A stretch of DNA of 64,000 nucleotides from an uncultured Spirochaetota bacterium (GCA_963734545.1 CAVTHO010000009.1:224001-288000); one strand, 5' to 3'; shown: positions 42,256-53,580, numbered from the stretch's first letter. Notes: generated by a model not told the origin, from the sequence alone. Numbers and translations: made by a program.

Positions 42256-43050
42256 TCAGTCCATGTAGTAGCCGCCGTTGATGTTGACGGTTTCCCCATT
42301 GATGAACGCGGCGTCGTCGGAGGCGAGAAAGCAGATGAGATGCGAGATGTCCTCCACCGTCCCGAGCCTGCGCACCGGAATGGACGCCGCCGCCTTCGCC
42401 TTCTTCTCATCGGTCCAGTATTTCATCATTTCCGTCATGACCGCATGCGGGAGCAATGGCATTGCAGGTGACGCCGAACTGCCCCAGCCGCCGGCCGACG
42501 GACCGGGTCAGGCTGATGACCGCCCCCTTGCTCGCTCCGTACACGAAGACCGTGGAGTTGTCACCGTTCTTGCCGGTGATGGAAGAGACATTGACGATGC
42601 GCCCGTACTTCTGGTCCTTCATGATGGGGGTGGCGGCGCGGATGGCGTACAAAATGCCCTTCACATTGATGTTCAGGGTCCTGTCGATGATGTCGTCCGT
42701 CGTTTCCTCGATGGTGCCGGGAAGCAGCAGTCCCGCGTTGTTCACGAGGATGTCCAGCCGCCCGAGCTCGTCTTTTGTGCGCGTGATCAGCATGTCGACC
42801 TGCGCGCGGTCCTGGATGTCGCACGCGATCACCATGACCTTGCCCGCGCCGCCGACCCGGATTGCGCCGCCGGACCGGCGGATTTTGCGTCGCTGCGGAT
42901 CAGGGCGGCGGTTTCCTCCAGGCCGGCCGCGTCGATGTCGGTGATCACCACGGCCGCGCCATCCCGGGCCATTTCCCGTGCGGTCGCCTGTCCCATCCCT
43001 TTTGCCGCGCCTGTGATGATCGCGGCCCTTCCCTCGAATCGTGCACCCAT
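42256..43050 (-). CDS. SDR family oxidoreductase; frameshifts near 42870 and 42455
   Basis: TGAAKGMG, LVNNAG, YGASKG, NAIAP, INGETVNINGG. Confidence 0.9.
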
Positions 43051-43092
43051 GAAATCCCTCTCCCTTCAGTTCGCTCAGTACGCCTGGTCTGC

Positions 43093-43890
43093 CTAGTACG
43101 CGCCGGTGCTCTTCTGGCCGCTCACAAGGAGGACGCCCGAGCTTGTTCCCAGACGCGTCGCCCCGGCCCCGATCATGGCAACGGCATCCTCGAAGCTGCG
43201 CACGCCTCCGGCTGCTTTGACGCCCATGGTCGGGCCGACAATGCGGCGCATGAGCGCAATGTCCGCGACCGTGGCCCCGCCCTTGTTGAATCCCGTGGAG
43301 GTCTTCACGAAATCCACGCCCACCTCTTTGGCGATCTGGCAGGCAAGGACCTTTTCCTCGTCGGTGAGCATGCAGGTTTCCAGTATCACCTTGAGGAGAA
43401 TGCCCATTCGGCACGCCCGGCGCACTGCAAGCATGTCCTCCCGCACCGTCTTCAGATCCCTGGCCTTCATGGCGCCCACGTTCATCACCATGTCGATCTC
43501 ACCGGCGCCGTTGGCGACGGCCGTCCGCGCTTCGAAGCTCTTCACACGGCTGTCCATGGCGCCGAGTGGAAAGCCGACAACAGCGCACACTTTCACTCCG
43601 GTTCCCCCCAGGCGCCGCGCGCAGTGCTCCACCCACCGGGAGTTCACGCATACCGAATAGAAATGATGCTCCGCTGCCTCGGCGCACAGCGTGGTGACCT
43701 GCTCTTCCGTGGCCTCGGGCTTCAGCAGCGTATGGTCGATATACCGCGCAAGATCCGAGGGCCGGAGATCGGAAGTGCGGGGAGCCTGAGCCGCCATGTG
43801 CGTCTCCTCTGCCGGGGACTTTGCTCCCTGCATGCCCAGGCGCGCCACGACCTCCGCCACGATTTTCTCGATCAACTGGTTCTGGTCCAC
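43093..43890 (-). CDS. deoC: Deoxyribose-phosphate aldolase with N-terminal BMC encapsulation-peptide-like extension
   Basis: [44 protein letters not shown]; extension [18 protein letters not shown] plus linker. Confidence 0.93.
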   Translation of the reverse strand: MDQNQLIEKIVAEVVARLGMQGAKSPAEETHMAAQAPRTSDLRPSDLARYIDHTLLKPEATEEQVTTLCAEAAEHHFYSVCVNSRWVEHCARRLGGTGVKVCAVVGFPLGAMDSRVKSFEARTAVANGAGEIDMVMNVGAMKARDLKTVREDMLAVRRACRMGILLKVILETCMLTDEEKVLACQIAKEVGVDFVKTSTGFNKGGATVADIALMRRIVGPTMGVKAAGGVRSFEDAVAMIGAGATRLGTSSGVLLVSGQKSTGAY

Positions 43891-43899
43891 TATTCTGCC

Positions 43900-44205
43900 C
43901 TATTTGGCGGACGATTGCCGCCCCAGGGGCAGGGCCGCGTCCACTGACTCGTGCGGCCGCGGGATCACGTGGGTCGTCACGATCTCCCCCACCTTCTCCG
44001 CCGCGCGCGCCCCCGCGTCCACCGCTGCCCGGCAGGCCGCTACGTCACCGCGCACGATGGCTGTCACGTACCCGCCCCCGATCTTCTCGTATCCCACCAG
44101 GTCGACCTTCGCAGACTTCACCATCGCGTCCGCCGCTTCCACCATCGCCGCGAATCCGCGCGTCTCGATCATGCCCAGCGCTTCAAAACTCACGTTGTCC
44201 GCCAT
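43900..44205 (-). CDS. Bacterial microcompartment hexameric shell protein (BMC-H, EutM/PduA/CcmK family)
   Basis: [38 protein letters not shown]. Confidence 0.97.
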   Translation of the reverse strand: MADNVSFEALGMIETRGFAAMVEAADAMVKSAKVDLVGYEKIGGGYVTAIVRGDVAACRAAVDAGARAAEKVGEIVTTHVIPRPHESVDAALPLGRQSSAK

Positions 44206-44281
44206 ATATCCCTTCCTTGCTCTCTCAACGGCTCTCGCCGTCTGCTTCGCAGCCGCCCTCCCGGCGCGCAGCGCGCGCGAT

Positions 44282-45325
44282 TCATTTCCCGGGCTTCACG
44301 ACGGCCTTGAACACCGATTGATGCTTGAGGTCTTCGAATGCCTGGTCGATCTGCTCGAGAGGGTACTGGCGCGTGATGTAGGGCCGGGGATCGAGATCTC
44401 CCGAGGCGATCCAGCCCATTGTCTTTCGATTCTGCGCCGGCGTCGACGCGTGCACCCCGTGCACGGAGAGCTCCTTGTAATGGATGAGGTTGCTGTCCAG
44501 AAATCCCGTGGTCTCTTTTGCCAGCCCGCCGAACAGGCTGATCCTCCCGCGCTTAGCCGCAAGGGCAACAGCGTCGGACTGCGCCTGGCCCACGGGGCAG
44601 GCGGTGATCAGAACATCCACGCCCCTCCCATCCGTCAGCCGCTTGATTTCCGCGTGGAGATCGACTCTGCCCGATGCTATGGGAACGGCGAAAGGCACCA
44701 GGCGCATGGCCTCGCGCAGTCGGCTCTCATTCGGCTCGATAATGACGATCGGCTCCGCGCCCTGCATCCGGGCGAGCTCCGCGTGCATGCACCCGATGAA
44801 GCCCGATCCGAAGATCGCGACAGATTCCCCCTTCTGGATCCGCAGAAACTCCTGACCGTTGGCGACACAGGCAATCGGCTCGGCGAGCGCCGCCACCTCG
44901 TCGGGAACCCCGGCGGGAGTCGCATACACGTTTCCCCGGTCAAAGGCAATCGCCGGGACCTCCATGTATTCGGCGAATCCCCCGTCGAACTGGAATCCGA
45001 TGGTCTGGAGGCTCTCACACAGGTTCGTGTAGCCGCGGCGGCACGCGTAGCAGGTGCCGCACCCGATGGCCGGCGCCATCGAGATCCTTTCACCGAGCGA
45101 AAATCCCTTCCGGTCAGGACCGATCTCGACGATCTCTCCGCACAGCTCATGTCCCGTCACGCGCGGGGGGGAGATCCTCTCATTGCCGAACTGCCAGGTC
45201 CGGAGGTCCGTTCCGCAGACGGAACAGGCAAGGACGCGGATCACCGCGCTGTCCGCCCGCGCGTGAGGCTGTGGATAGTCGCCCATCCGCATCGCCCCGG
45301 CCTTCTCGTACACGTATGCTCTCAT
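44282..45325 (-). CDS. Zn-dependent polyol/alcohol dehydrogenase (MDR)
   Basis: CGTD, GHE, CGTCYAC..C, GSGFIG. Confidence 0.92.
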   Translation of the reverse strand: MRAYVYEKAGAMRMGDYPQPHARADSAVIRVLACSVCGTDLRTWQFGNERISPPRVTGHELCGEIVEIGPDRKGFSLGERISMAPAIGCGTCYACRRGYTNLCESLQTIGFQFDGGFAEYMEVPAIAFDRGNVYATPAGVPDEVAALAEPIACVANGQEFLRIQKGESVAIFGSGFIGCMHAELARMQGAEPIVIIEPNESRLREAMRLVPFAVPIASGRVDLHAEIKRLTDGRGVDVLITACPVGQAQSDAVALAAKRGRISLFGGLAKETTGFLDSNLIHYKELSVHGVHASTPAQNRKTMGWIASGDLDPRPYITRQYPLEQIDQAFEDLKHQSVFKAVVKPGK

Positions 45326-45338
45326 CCTGCGGCCTCTT

Positions 45339-46522
45339 TCAATCTCCCATGAGGGCATCAAGGCGCTGCCCGTCACGGGGAACCCACTGTCTCCAATACC
45401 TCACCGATTCCTCCAGAGCCGGCAGAATGTCCCTCTTCGTGTCGGTGGTGCGCACGAAAATTTCGAACGTCAGGTAGATCTCCTCACAACGCGGCGGAAG
45501 TCCCGGCAGAGGCTCCCCCTCATAGGACCGCGCAATTGCCTGGAGCACTTTCGCGGGATGCACGATACCCCCCAGGTTGTTCTCCGGTGTGAACGGGAGA
45601 TGCGGTGACGACAGTCCGTCCGTCTGCTGCAGATGGACGATCGGGGAGTAGCATCCGATCCTCTCGAGCCAGCCATAGAGATCGCAGTCGGCCGGAGAGG
45701 CGAACAGGTGGGGGTACCGATTCATCTCCGTTTCGATGCGCGCAACGGCTTCCGTTCCTGCTCCCCCGCCGCGGCGCCTGTCATCCCTGAAGATCTTGAA
45801 AGCGGACTCGGGACCGAGCCAGGGCTCGGGTAATCCTCCCCACAGCGCTTTCCGAATCGTCGCCGCGTCAGGCCGGAGGAACAGCCGCTGTCCGGTCTGG
45901 TGCCCGGTGTCCATGGCCACGTACGCACGGGCCCGCCCCGCCGCGTCACCTCCCGCATGTAGCGCTCCGTGCCGGCAATCGTCCACGGCGGCTGGTGCGG
46001 CGTGTACATCTGTTCGAGGACGATCGGAATCGGTCCCTGCTCGTGCGCGAACCGGGCCACCTCGGCGAGCTCGTCGTAGAGGATCTCCTCCGCGGCGGCA
46101 TAGGCGGCGGGATCCTGCAGGGCGCTCTCCGAAATGGCATGGATGAAGAAGCCGGCGCCCGCTTTGACCGTCGAAGCGATCCTGATCATCACCTTCAGCC
46201 AGTCATTGACGATCCGCGCGCGCACACGGGGATCCGGGTGGGCGAGACCGAGTGTGCGGTACGTGGTGTACCCGGTATAGAAGTTCGCCACCCGCAGGCC
46301 CTCCGCCTCCACGGCTTTGCGCACGTCCGTGATCCATTCCGAGAGGTATTCGAAGCCGCAATAGAAGGGGTCCGCCTCGGTGTCCGCGCTCGCCTCCACG
46401 AAGGACACACCCAGCTCGCGGATGATCTTCGCCCACTCGGAGGGTCGGGTCCATCGTTTCGTCGCGAAGGAGTTGTCCATCGCCAGGTAGATCCGGGGAT
46501 ACTTCGTCACGCTCTGCTCCAT
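45339..46522 (-). CDS. TIM-barrel sugar-phosphate epimerase/isomerase, EryC-like; frameshift near 45940
   Basis: HPDPRVR, LEQM, DTGH, DLYGWL..SPIVHLQQ..HLPFT..N..G, ESVRYW resemble D-erythrulose-1-P 3-epimerase (recalled similarity). Confidence 0.75.
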
Positions 46523-46534
46523 TTCTTTCCCGGG

Positions 46535-48031
46535 CTATCGGCCCACGACGTCCAGATATTTTCCGAAAGCCTCGTCCCACGGCGCCTTTGCGTGCGGCTC
46601 ATAGAAGACGACTTCGGATGACCGCAGGGAAATCTCCCGCCCCTGCGCCAGCGTCGTGATCTCGCCGTCGTGCTTCAGCTGCATGAGCAGGTTTCCCATC
46701 GAAGTGGTCTCCGGGGGCCCCGCCATCACCGGGATGCCGGTGGCATCGGCCGTCCACTGGCACAACATGCGGTTCTGGATCCCTCCTCCCACGAGGTGGA
46801 GCAGGTTCAGCCTTTTCCCGGTGAGCCGCTCCAGGGTTTCCATGTTCTGGCGGTATTTCAGCACCAGGCTCTCGTACACCGAACGGGCCACGGCCCCTCT
46901 CGATCCCGCGAGCCTCTGGCCCTTCTTTTCGCAATAGCCGATGATGACCCCCGGCATGTCCGCCTGGGGGAGCGCGAACGCCGGATCGTCCACGTCGATG
47001 AAGGCTGTCGCGGATCCCGCCTTCTCCGATTCCCCGACGATCTGGTCCCAGGCGATCTCGGCGCCGTCCGCGGTCCAGCTCTGGCGGCACTGCTGGATGA
47101 TCCACAGGCCGGTAATGTAGTTCACGAGCATGTTGCGGCCGTCCGCGATCGCGTTGTTTCCGTAGCCGGACTCGAACGCCGCGTCCGTCACGATGGGCCG
47201 GGGCGTCTCGATGCCGGCGATCGACCAGGTCCCCATGGAGATGAACGCCCAATGCAGGGAGGGATCGGCCACCGGGATACCCGTGACCGCGGAGGCGGTG
47301 TCATGCGTCGCGGGCGCGACGACGGGAACCGGTGAAACCGCCAGCTCCTCGCACACCTGGGGCTGCAGGGGCCCGACGAGGTCCCCGGGCATGACGATTT
47401 CTCCCAGCATCGAATCGGAAATGCCCAGACGTGCCAGGATGCGTTTCTCCCAGGTCCGCGCGTCCTGGTTGCAGAGCAGCGACATTGTTGCGTTGGTGTA
47501 CTCGTTGACCGCCCGGCCCGTGAGCAGGTAGTTGAGCAGGTCCGGGATCATCAGCAGCCGATGGCCGCTGGCGAGCTCGGTAGCGTGGTCGCAGCGGAAT
47601 GAGTAGAGCTGGTAGAGCCCCATGATGCCCATGGTGGAACCGGCACAGAGCTGGAACAGCTCGCGGCGGGGGAGCTCCTTGTACAGCAGGGGGATGCGCT
47701 CGTGACGCAGCGCTTCCCGGTAGGTCACCGGGTTGGCCAGGAGCCTGCCATTACGGTCGATGAAGCCGAAGTCGCAGCCCCACGTGTCGATGCCGAGGGA
47801 GATCACATCCGGGTATTTCCGCAGGGAGACCTGGAGGCCGATCTTGAGCTCCGAAAAGAGACGGAGGATGTCCCAGTAGAGCGTGCCGGCCGCGATGACG
47901 GCCCGATTGTCGAAGCGGTAGGTGACATCCATGGTGACGCGCGCGCCGTCGAAACCGGCGACAATGGCCCGTCCATTGCTCGCTCCGAAGTCGAAAATCA
48001 GGTAGTGCTTCACCGCCACGGCCGCCTCCAA
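46535..48031 (-). CDS. Rhamnulokinase-like FGGY carbohydrate kinase
   Basis: DFGASNGR, LYWD, GIDTWGCDF, HDTASA, GTWS, GLWIIQ, VGGG.QN. Confidence 0.92.
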   Translation of the reverse strand: MEAAVAVKHYLIFDFGASNGRAIVAGFDGARVTMDVTYRFDNRAVIAAGTLYWDILRLFSELKIGLQVSLRKYPDVISLGIDTWGCDFGFIDRNGRLLANPVTYREALRHERIPLLYKELPRRELFQLCAGSTMGIMGLYQLYSFRCDHATELASGHRLLMIPDLLNYLLTGRAVNEYTNATMSLLCNQDARTWEKRILARLGISDSMLGEIVMPGDLVGPLQPQVCEELAVSPVPVVAPATHDTASAVTGIPVADPSLHWAFISMGTWSIAGIETPRPIVTDAAFESGYGNNAIADGRNMLVNYITGLWIIQQCRQSWTADGAEIAWDQIVGESEKAGSATAFIDVDDPAFALPQADMPGVIIGYCEKKGQRLAGSRGAVARSVYESLVLKYRQNMETLERLTGKRLNLLHLVGGGIQNRMLCQWTADATGIPVMAGPPETTSMGNLLMQLKHDGEITTLAQGREISLRSSEVVFYEPHAKAPWDEAFGKYLDVVGR

Positions 48032-48046
48032 TCAGATATTCTCATT

Positions 48047-48103
48047 TGCTCGGTGACTGAATAATTGCTCACTCACCATAATATACACCTCCCGTGCTGT
48101 CAA
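48047..48103 (-). promoter_or_regulatory. Sigma70 promoter plus operator of the kinase operon
   Basis: Minus strand TTGACA-17-TATGGT (48103-48075); + strand TGCTC-N6-TGAATAATTGCTC at 48047-48070. Confidence 0.7.
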
Positions 48104-48123
48104 GAACGGCAGCCGCCTGCTGC

Positions 48124-48399
48124 CTAGAAAGGGGCGCTCGACCGCCGGCGGATGTATATCTCGTCTATCGCCGCCGTCGGGGAGAGAGAGAGGAGGAAGA
48201 GCACGGCATCCGCGATGTCCTCCGGTCTCATGAGCGCGGAGCGATCGATATCCGGGCGCAGGGCCTCCATCAAGCGCGTATCCACTCCCCCCGGGAGCAC
48301 GGCGGACACGCGGATCCCGTGCGGCTGCGCTTCGGCGGTGCCGATCCCCCTGCCCGCCCCTGTCACGAGCGCAACCTGTCCGGAAAGATCCGTCTTCAC
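48124..48399 (-). pseudogene. SDR with a large in-frame internal deletion
   Basis: VALVTGAGRGIG joined directly to AEAQPHGIRVSAVLPGGVDT...PEDIADAV; NNAG and YxxxK missing. Confidence 0.8.
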
Positions 48400-49388
48400 G
48401 GGGTCTTCCCGCGGAGCAGCTCCCGCGCGGTGCTTTCGTCCGTGATCAGCACGTTGATGTACTTCTTCAGCAGGGCCGCGCGAATGGCGTGCACCTTCGA
48501 CGGTCCTCCGGCCACGCCGATGATCAGCTTTTTCGGATCTCCCATGACGTCCATGGGGATGCCGATCACCCGGTCGTGGACCTCATCGTCGATGAAGTCA
48601 CCGTTGGCGTCGAAATAGCGGCACAGGATATCCCCCACCGCGCCCTTGCCGATCAGGCGTTGAAGGTCCCCCGGGCTGAGATATCCCATTTTGAAGAGGC
48701 TCGCCGACTTGGACGCCTCTCCAATTGAGATGAGCAGCACGTCGGCGCGGCAGGCAATGTCCAGGACCTCTTTGATCCAGGGCTCGGACTTGAAGACCTC
48801 GGCCCGCTCCTTGGTCTGCGCGATGGCCGGCGCCCATATATTATAGAAGGAGGCATCGAGCTTTCGCGCGATCTTCTCCGCCATGATGTACGGGTTCATC
48901 GTCACGTTGATCATGAGGTTCCCGATGAGGCTGACAATCTCGATCTTGCCGGTGACGAGCTGGGGCTCGAAAAAATCCGCCAGGGACGCGGTCGTGTTCC
49001 CCCAGCCGATGCCGAGAACGCATTTCTTCAGCGCGCCGATCTTGCGCTCGAGGTACGCGGCCCCCGCCATGGCAGCGCCCCGCAGCCGGCGGGAGGGGTC
49101 TTCAGAGGCCAGGGGGGCCACCACGGCGTCCTTCAATCCGAACTTCTGCCGGATTTCAGACTCAATGCTCATCAGGTTCTCGTAGGGATGTTTCAACGTG
49201 AACTGGATGATATCGAGGTCACGGGCCTTCTCGAGGAGCCGCTGTACTTTCTGGCGTGAGAGGGAGACCCGCTCCGCAATCTCCTGCTGGGTCATCTTTT
49301 CCTTGTAGTACAGCCACGCGATCCGCGTGATAATGTCTTCCTCGGATTCCTTGCGCGTGGCCTCCTCTTTTCCCCGGCGGTTTTTCAT
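48396..49388 (-). CDS. SorC/DeoR-family sugar-binding transcriptional regulator
   Basis: IAWLYY..MTQQEIA..SRQKVQRLL HTH; GIGWGNT, GAVGDI, VAGG.SK, LITDE. Confidence 0.93.
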   Translation of the reverse strand: MKNRRGKEEATRKESEEDIITRIAWLYYKEKMTQQEIAERVSLSRQKVQRLLEKARDLDIIQFTLKHPYENLMSIESEIRQKFGLKDAVVAPLASEDPSRRLRGAAMAGAAYLERKIGALKKCVLGIGWGNTTASLADFFEPQLVTGKIEIVSLIGNLMINVTMNPYIMAEKIARKLDASFYNIWAPAIAQTKERAEVFKSEPWIKEVLDIACRADVLLISIGEASKSASLFKMGYLSPGDLQRLIGKGAVGDILCRYFDANGDFIDDEVHDRVIGIPMDVMGDPKKLIIGVAGGPSKVHAIRAALLKKYINVLITDESTARELLRGKTP

Positions 49389-49834
49389 GTGGTGTGCTGA
49401 AGCGCGGACTTCACTATACCTTTCTTCAATATGATGTTCGCGTATATCGCGCTCTCGCTCGTGGCGAGAATGGCGTACGCCTTCTGCGCCCTTTCGTAGA
49501 ACGCGAACCGCTCGACCAGCTCGAAATCTGTGAACGCCGGGTCGTGGCGGCGGATGATCTCGCGGTACTCGTCCCAGATCGCGGTCTTCGCGGTATCTCC
49601 GGGCACGACCGCCATGAGCGCCACGGGATGCGGCACATAGGCGTCGAGCGGGAAGAATCGCATGATCGCGTCCAGCAGGGGCGGCACTCCGTGACCGTCG
49701 GCACGCAGGAGGCGGCGGGCCATGCTCGAGGCGGGAAAATTGCCGTCCGCGATGACGAGCTCGTCGCCGTGTCCCATTGAGAGGAGGACGCTCATGAGAT
49801 CCGGGGAGATGATTGTCGGAATACCTTTCAACAT
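49385..49834 (-). CDS. fucU: RbsD/FucU family sugar mutarotase
   Basis: MGHGDELVIADGNFP, ERFAFYERA, YANIILKKG. Confidence 0.9.
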   Translation of the reverse strand: MLKGIPTIISPDLMSVLLSMGHGDELVIADGNFPASSMARRLLRADGHGVPPLLDAIMRFFPLDAYVPHPVALMAVVPGDTAKTAIWDEYREIIRRHDPAFTDFELVERFAFYERAQKAYAILATSESAIYANIILKKGIVKSALQHTT

Positions 49835-49883
49835 GATGTGCTCCTTTGAAATCTGGCGGCCCTCGCGGGCCGCGCCCTCAATG

Positions 49884-50218
49884 CTACTTGGTCAGATGCA
49901 CGAACTCGATGCCGGCCGCCTCGCAGAACACCTTCAGCTCCTTGATCCAGTTCCCATAGGTGCCGTGGATATGGTTGCAGCTCATGGCCTGGATGAATGT
50001 CTCCATGTCGCAGTCATTCGGGCGAATGCATGCGGCCAGTTGTCCTGCTCGATGGCCGCCAGCTTCTCGTCCTCTTCCGCGCCGAATGAGACGAACTCAC
50101 CATGCACCGCCACCATCTTGTAGTGGGTCGTGCCGCCGCTGCGCGTCAGGCGCGCCAGCGTGACCTCTCCGGGCCTGGCGATATGATAGACCGAAGGGCC
50201 GCCTGCTGGAAAGGAGAA
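49884..50218 (-). pseudogene. C-terminal relic of an L-fucose/L-arabinose isomerase-family gene
   Basis: FPAGGPSVYHIARPGEVTLARL...NWPHAFAR / FIQAMSCNHIHGTYGNWIKEL..*; N-terminal part absent. Confidence 0.75.
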
Positions 50219-50302
50219 GCCCTTCCTCTTCCTTTCTGGTCCCCCGGGTCAACGACCCGGTCTATAGGCAGGAGACACCCCCGCACCAATCCGCCGTTCA
50301 TC

Positions 50303-50356
50303 TGCTCACATATTGAATATTTGCTCGACTCTACCAGCCCGACCGCCCGTTGTCAA
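50303..50356 (-). promoter_or_regulatory. Sigma70 promoter plus second copy of the operator
   Basis: Minus strand TTGACA-17-TAGAGT; + strand TGCTC-N6-TGAATATTTGCTC at 50303-50326. Confidence 0.7.
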
Positions 50357-50508
50357 GAAGAATCGCATCGCTGTATCCAGCGGGGTACGGCGAGACGCTG
50401 CGGCCCATTGACAGGAGGCGGAAAATAGTCTTGTGATATGATCTCTTGCATAAACATGCACGCGATGTGGATCGGGGGCGCACTGCCAGGTGCGAAAAGG
50501 AGAGCCAT

Positions 50509-52473
50509 ATGCTGGAACTGAGAAAAGGCGCTGACATCCTGGCCGAAGGAGGAGGCGTCAGGACTCTCGTGGACGCCGAGGCGGTCTTTGCGCGCGCGCT
50601 GGATTCGGCCGGCCGCGAGAAGCTCCAGGCAATCCACACCCCGGACGCCCTTCTGCGCATCGCGAATGCCATTGCCCTGTGCGCCCCCGCGAAGGTCTTC
50701 GTGATAAGCGGCTCACGCGAGGACGCGGCTGAATGCCGCCGCATGAGCCTGGACGGCGGCGAGGAGTGCCCCCTCGCCATGGAAGGACCACACCCTCCAC
50801 TTCGACCTCCCCGAGGACCAGGGGAGAATGGTGGACCAGACCTACTACATCGCCAACGAGGACGAGGAGGTCAGCGTCCTGGCGAAGAAGATGCTCGCGC
50901 GCCGAGGCGCTCGCCTACATCCGCGAGCACCATGGGCGGCATCATGAAGGGCAGGACCATGCTCATCGGGTTCTACAACCGCGGGCCCATCGGCGCCCAG
51001 GCGGCCATCCCCGGGCTCATGATCTCCAGCTCCGCCTACGTCCTGCACAGCGCGAACATCCTCTATCGAAACGTGTTCGACGCAGTTCGACGCGGAGGCG
51101 GCGCGCGCGGGGGTGTTCTTCACGAACGTGCACAGCCAGGGAACCAACAGGTCGGAGGACATTCCCCGGGCGCGCATCTTCATGGACAGGAGCTGGTTCA
51201 CGACCTTCAGCATGTACTGCACCTACGCCGGCAACACCCTGATGCTCAAGAAGGGAAACCACCGGTTCGCGGTGGACCTCTGCACCTACTACCGGCGGGA
51301 GAAAGAGCTTTCCGAGCACATGTTCATCACGGGGCTGACGGGCCCGAACGGGAGGAAGACCTTCTTCGCCGGCGCGGCGCCCTCCGGCTGCGGCAAGACC
51401 ACCACCGCCATGGTCGGCACGGACTACATCGGCGACGACCTTGCGCAGATGTGGATCGCGGCGGACGGCACGCTGCGCGCGGTGAATCCCGAGTGCGGCA
51501 TCTTCGGGATCGTCGAGGACCTCAACAAGGAGGGCGACCCGTACCTCTACAAGTGCCTGCGGGAGCCGGGCACGGAGGTGATCTGGTCCAACGTGCTGGT
51601 GGACGAGCAGAACGTTCCGCACTGGACGGGCAGCGGCGAGACTCCTCCGGCGAAAGGGCGAAACTTCCAGGGCGACTGGTGGCCGGGAAAGACGGACAAG
51701 AACGGGCAAGCCGGTGCCCATCTCCAACGCCAACGCCCGCATCACGCTCTCCAACGAGGCAATCGGCAACTACAACCGCGTGATCGCCTCGGATCCCGCC
51801 GGGGTGCCCATCAGCGTCATCACCTACAGCGGCCGGGACAGCGACACGATGCCTCCGGTGTGGGTGGCGAAGAATCCCGACCACGGCGTGGTCATCGGCG
51901 CGTCGATCCTCTCCGCGGCAACGGCAACGGAGGTCGGCGCCAAGGGGGTCAACCGGCAGCCGTGGGCCAATTCCCCGTTCATCCCCTGCCCTCTCGGGGA
52001 CTACATGGAGGCGCAGTTCCTCTTCTTCAACTCGAAGAAGTTCTCCGTCGAAGGGACGACCCCTCATCGCGGGGCTCAACTATTTCCTGCTCGACTGCGC
52101 GCGCGGCGGTGACCTGAACAAGCTCCTGGGCGAAAAGCGCGACGTGAGGGCGTGGCTGTCGTGGCTGGACAGGTACGCGCACGGAGAGGTGAAGGGAATC
52201 GAGACACCCATCGGCTTCATACCGCGCTACGAGGATCTGGAAACAGCTCTTCCGGGAGCAGATCGGCGAAGGAGTACCCGAAGACGCTCTACGAGAAGCA
52301 ATTCTCCTTCTACGTCGACAACATCCTCGCCCGCATCCAGCTCCAGGAGGATGCCTACCGCAAGGAAAAGAAGATGCCCGCGCAGGATCTTCGAGGTCTA
52401 CGAGGAGCAGAAGAAGGGACTATTGGCGCTGAAGGAGAAGTTCGGCCCCGTCGTGAAGCCGGACCAGCTGTAG
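50509..52473 (+). CDS. pckG: GTP-dependent phosphoenolpyruvate carboxykinase; multiple frameshifts
   Basis: YAGN, EHM, APSGCGKT, GDDLA, AVNPE.GIFG, NAR, TPIGFIP. Confidence 0.9.
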
Positions 52474-52631
52474 CCATGGACGGCGAAGTCGGCCGAGGCC
52501 AGGGACTCCCGGCGCGCCTTCCGCTCCTGGCGGAGTTGCGCGCCTGCCGCCCTACGGATGGCCGAAAGGCCGACTGCCAGCGTACCGGCTGCGATTGCCG
52601 GAATCGCCGGTTTCGGATTTAATAGCAACCA

Positions 52632-53580
52632 GTGGAGCAGATCTCGAACGAGATCCGCGTCACCTACTCCGACAAAGAGATCGGCGGGCTGCTCAACGGC
52701 ATCGGCAACGAGCAGCGCCCCTTCAGCCGCCACTTCAGCCAGAGCGAGGACTTCTTCCTGCTCCTGGAGGGCGAGTACACGGTCCCCCACCTGCCGATCC
52801 ATCACGACGTGCGCCTGCACCAGCCGAGCGCCGAATACCTGGCGGCCCTGAAGCAGGTGATGGAGCAGGTGGCGCGGCTTGCGCCGCAGGTTCTGAAGGA
52901 TCTCTCCTACTTCTTCGACCCCGCCGAGATCCTCCGCCCCTGCTTCTACCGCGTCTACCATGTCGAAGAGCAGCTGGTACCTCTACCTTCTTCGCATCGA
53001 CCTCATGATGAGAGCCGCGGAAAGCACCGTGATCGAGCGGGGCACCAACGACCTGACCCCGCTCTACAAGTCCCGCAGGCTCTTCCTGGAGACGACGGTC
53101 CTTCCGCTGTCGGAGGTGGCGCGCCAGGACGGCGCCGCGAAATCGTTTCACATCAGGCAGACCATCTCCCAGACATGGATCGGGGAGCAGGGGCGGGGCT
53201 ACTTTCGAGCAGGGCATCTGGATGGACGCCGACCTCACGAAGTTCTTCAGCAAGCTCTTCCTGCCCGCCGGCAAGAAGACCTACCCGTACTATCCGTACC
53301 TGTGCAAGTACAAGACGGTCTGCCAGTCGCCTGATCGCCCTCGCTCCCGAGGGCCGCGCCTGCCGCGATTCCCGGCCTGCACCGCTCGCTGAAGTTTCTG
53401 CTTCCCGCAATGGACCGCATCCAGGCGGAGATGAAGAACGCGAGCTTTTCCGAGGATATGCCGTTCTTCCAGGAGCTGAAGGGCAAGATCCCTCCCGCAT
53501 GGTACGACCTGTGGAAGGACATCCGCGTGGAAGCCTACCTGAACGACTCGGAGATGAGAGAGTTCCGCATTGAAGGCTGA
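52632..53580 (+). CDS. Hypothetical protein; multiple frameshifts
   Basis: Coding-like segments in successive frames (52632.., 52960.., then ...VEAYLNDSEMREFRIEG*). Confidence 0.65.

Noticed and set aside
44206-44281. Possible scrap of another shell gene ([20 protein letters not shown]) before BMC-H
   Set aside because: Too short and low-complexity to support
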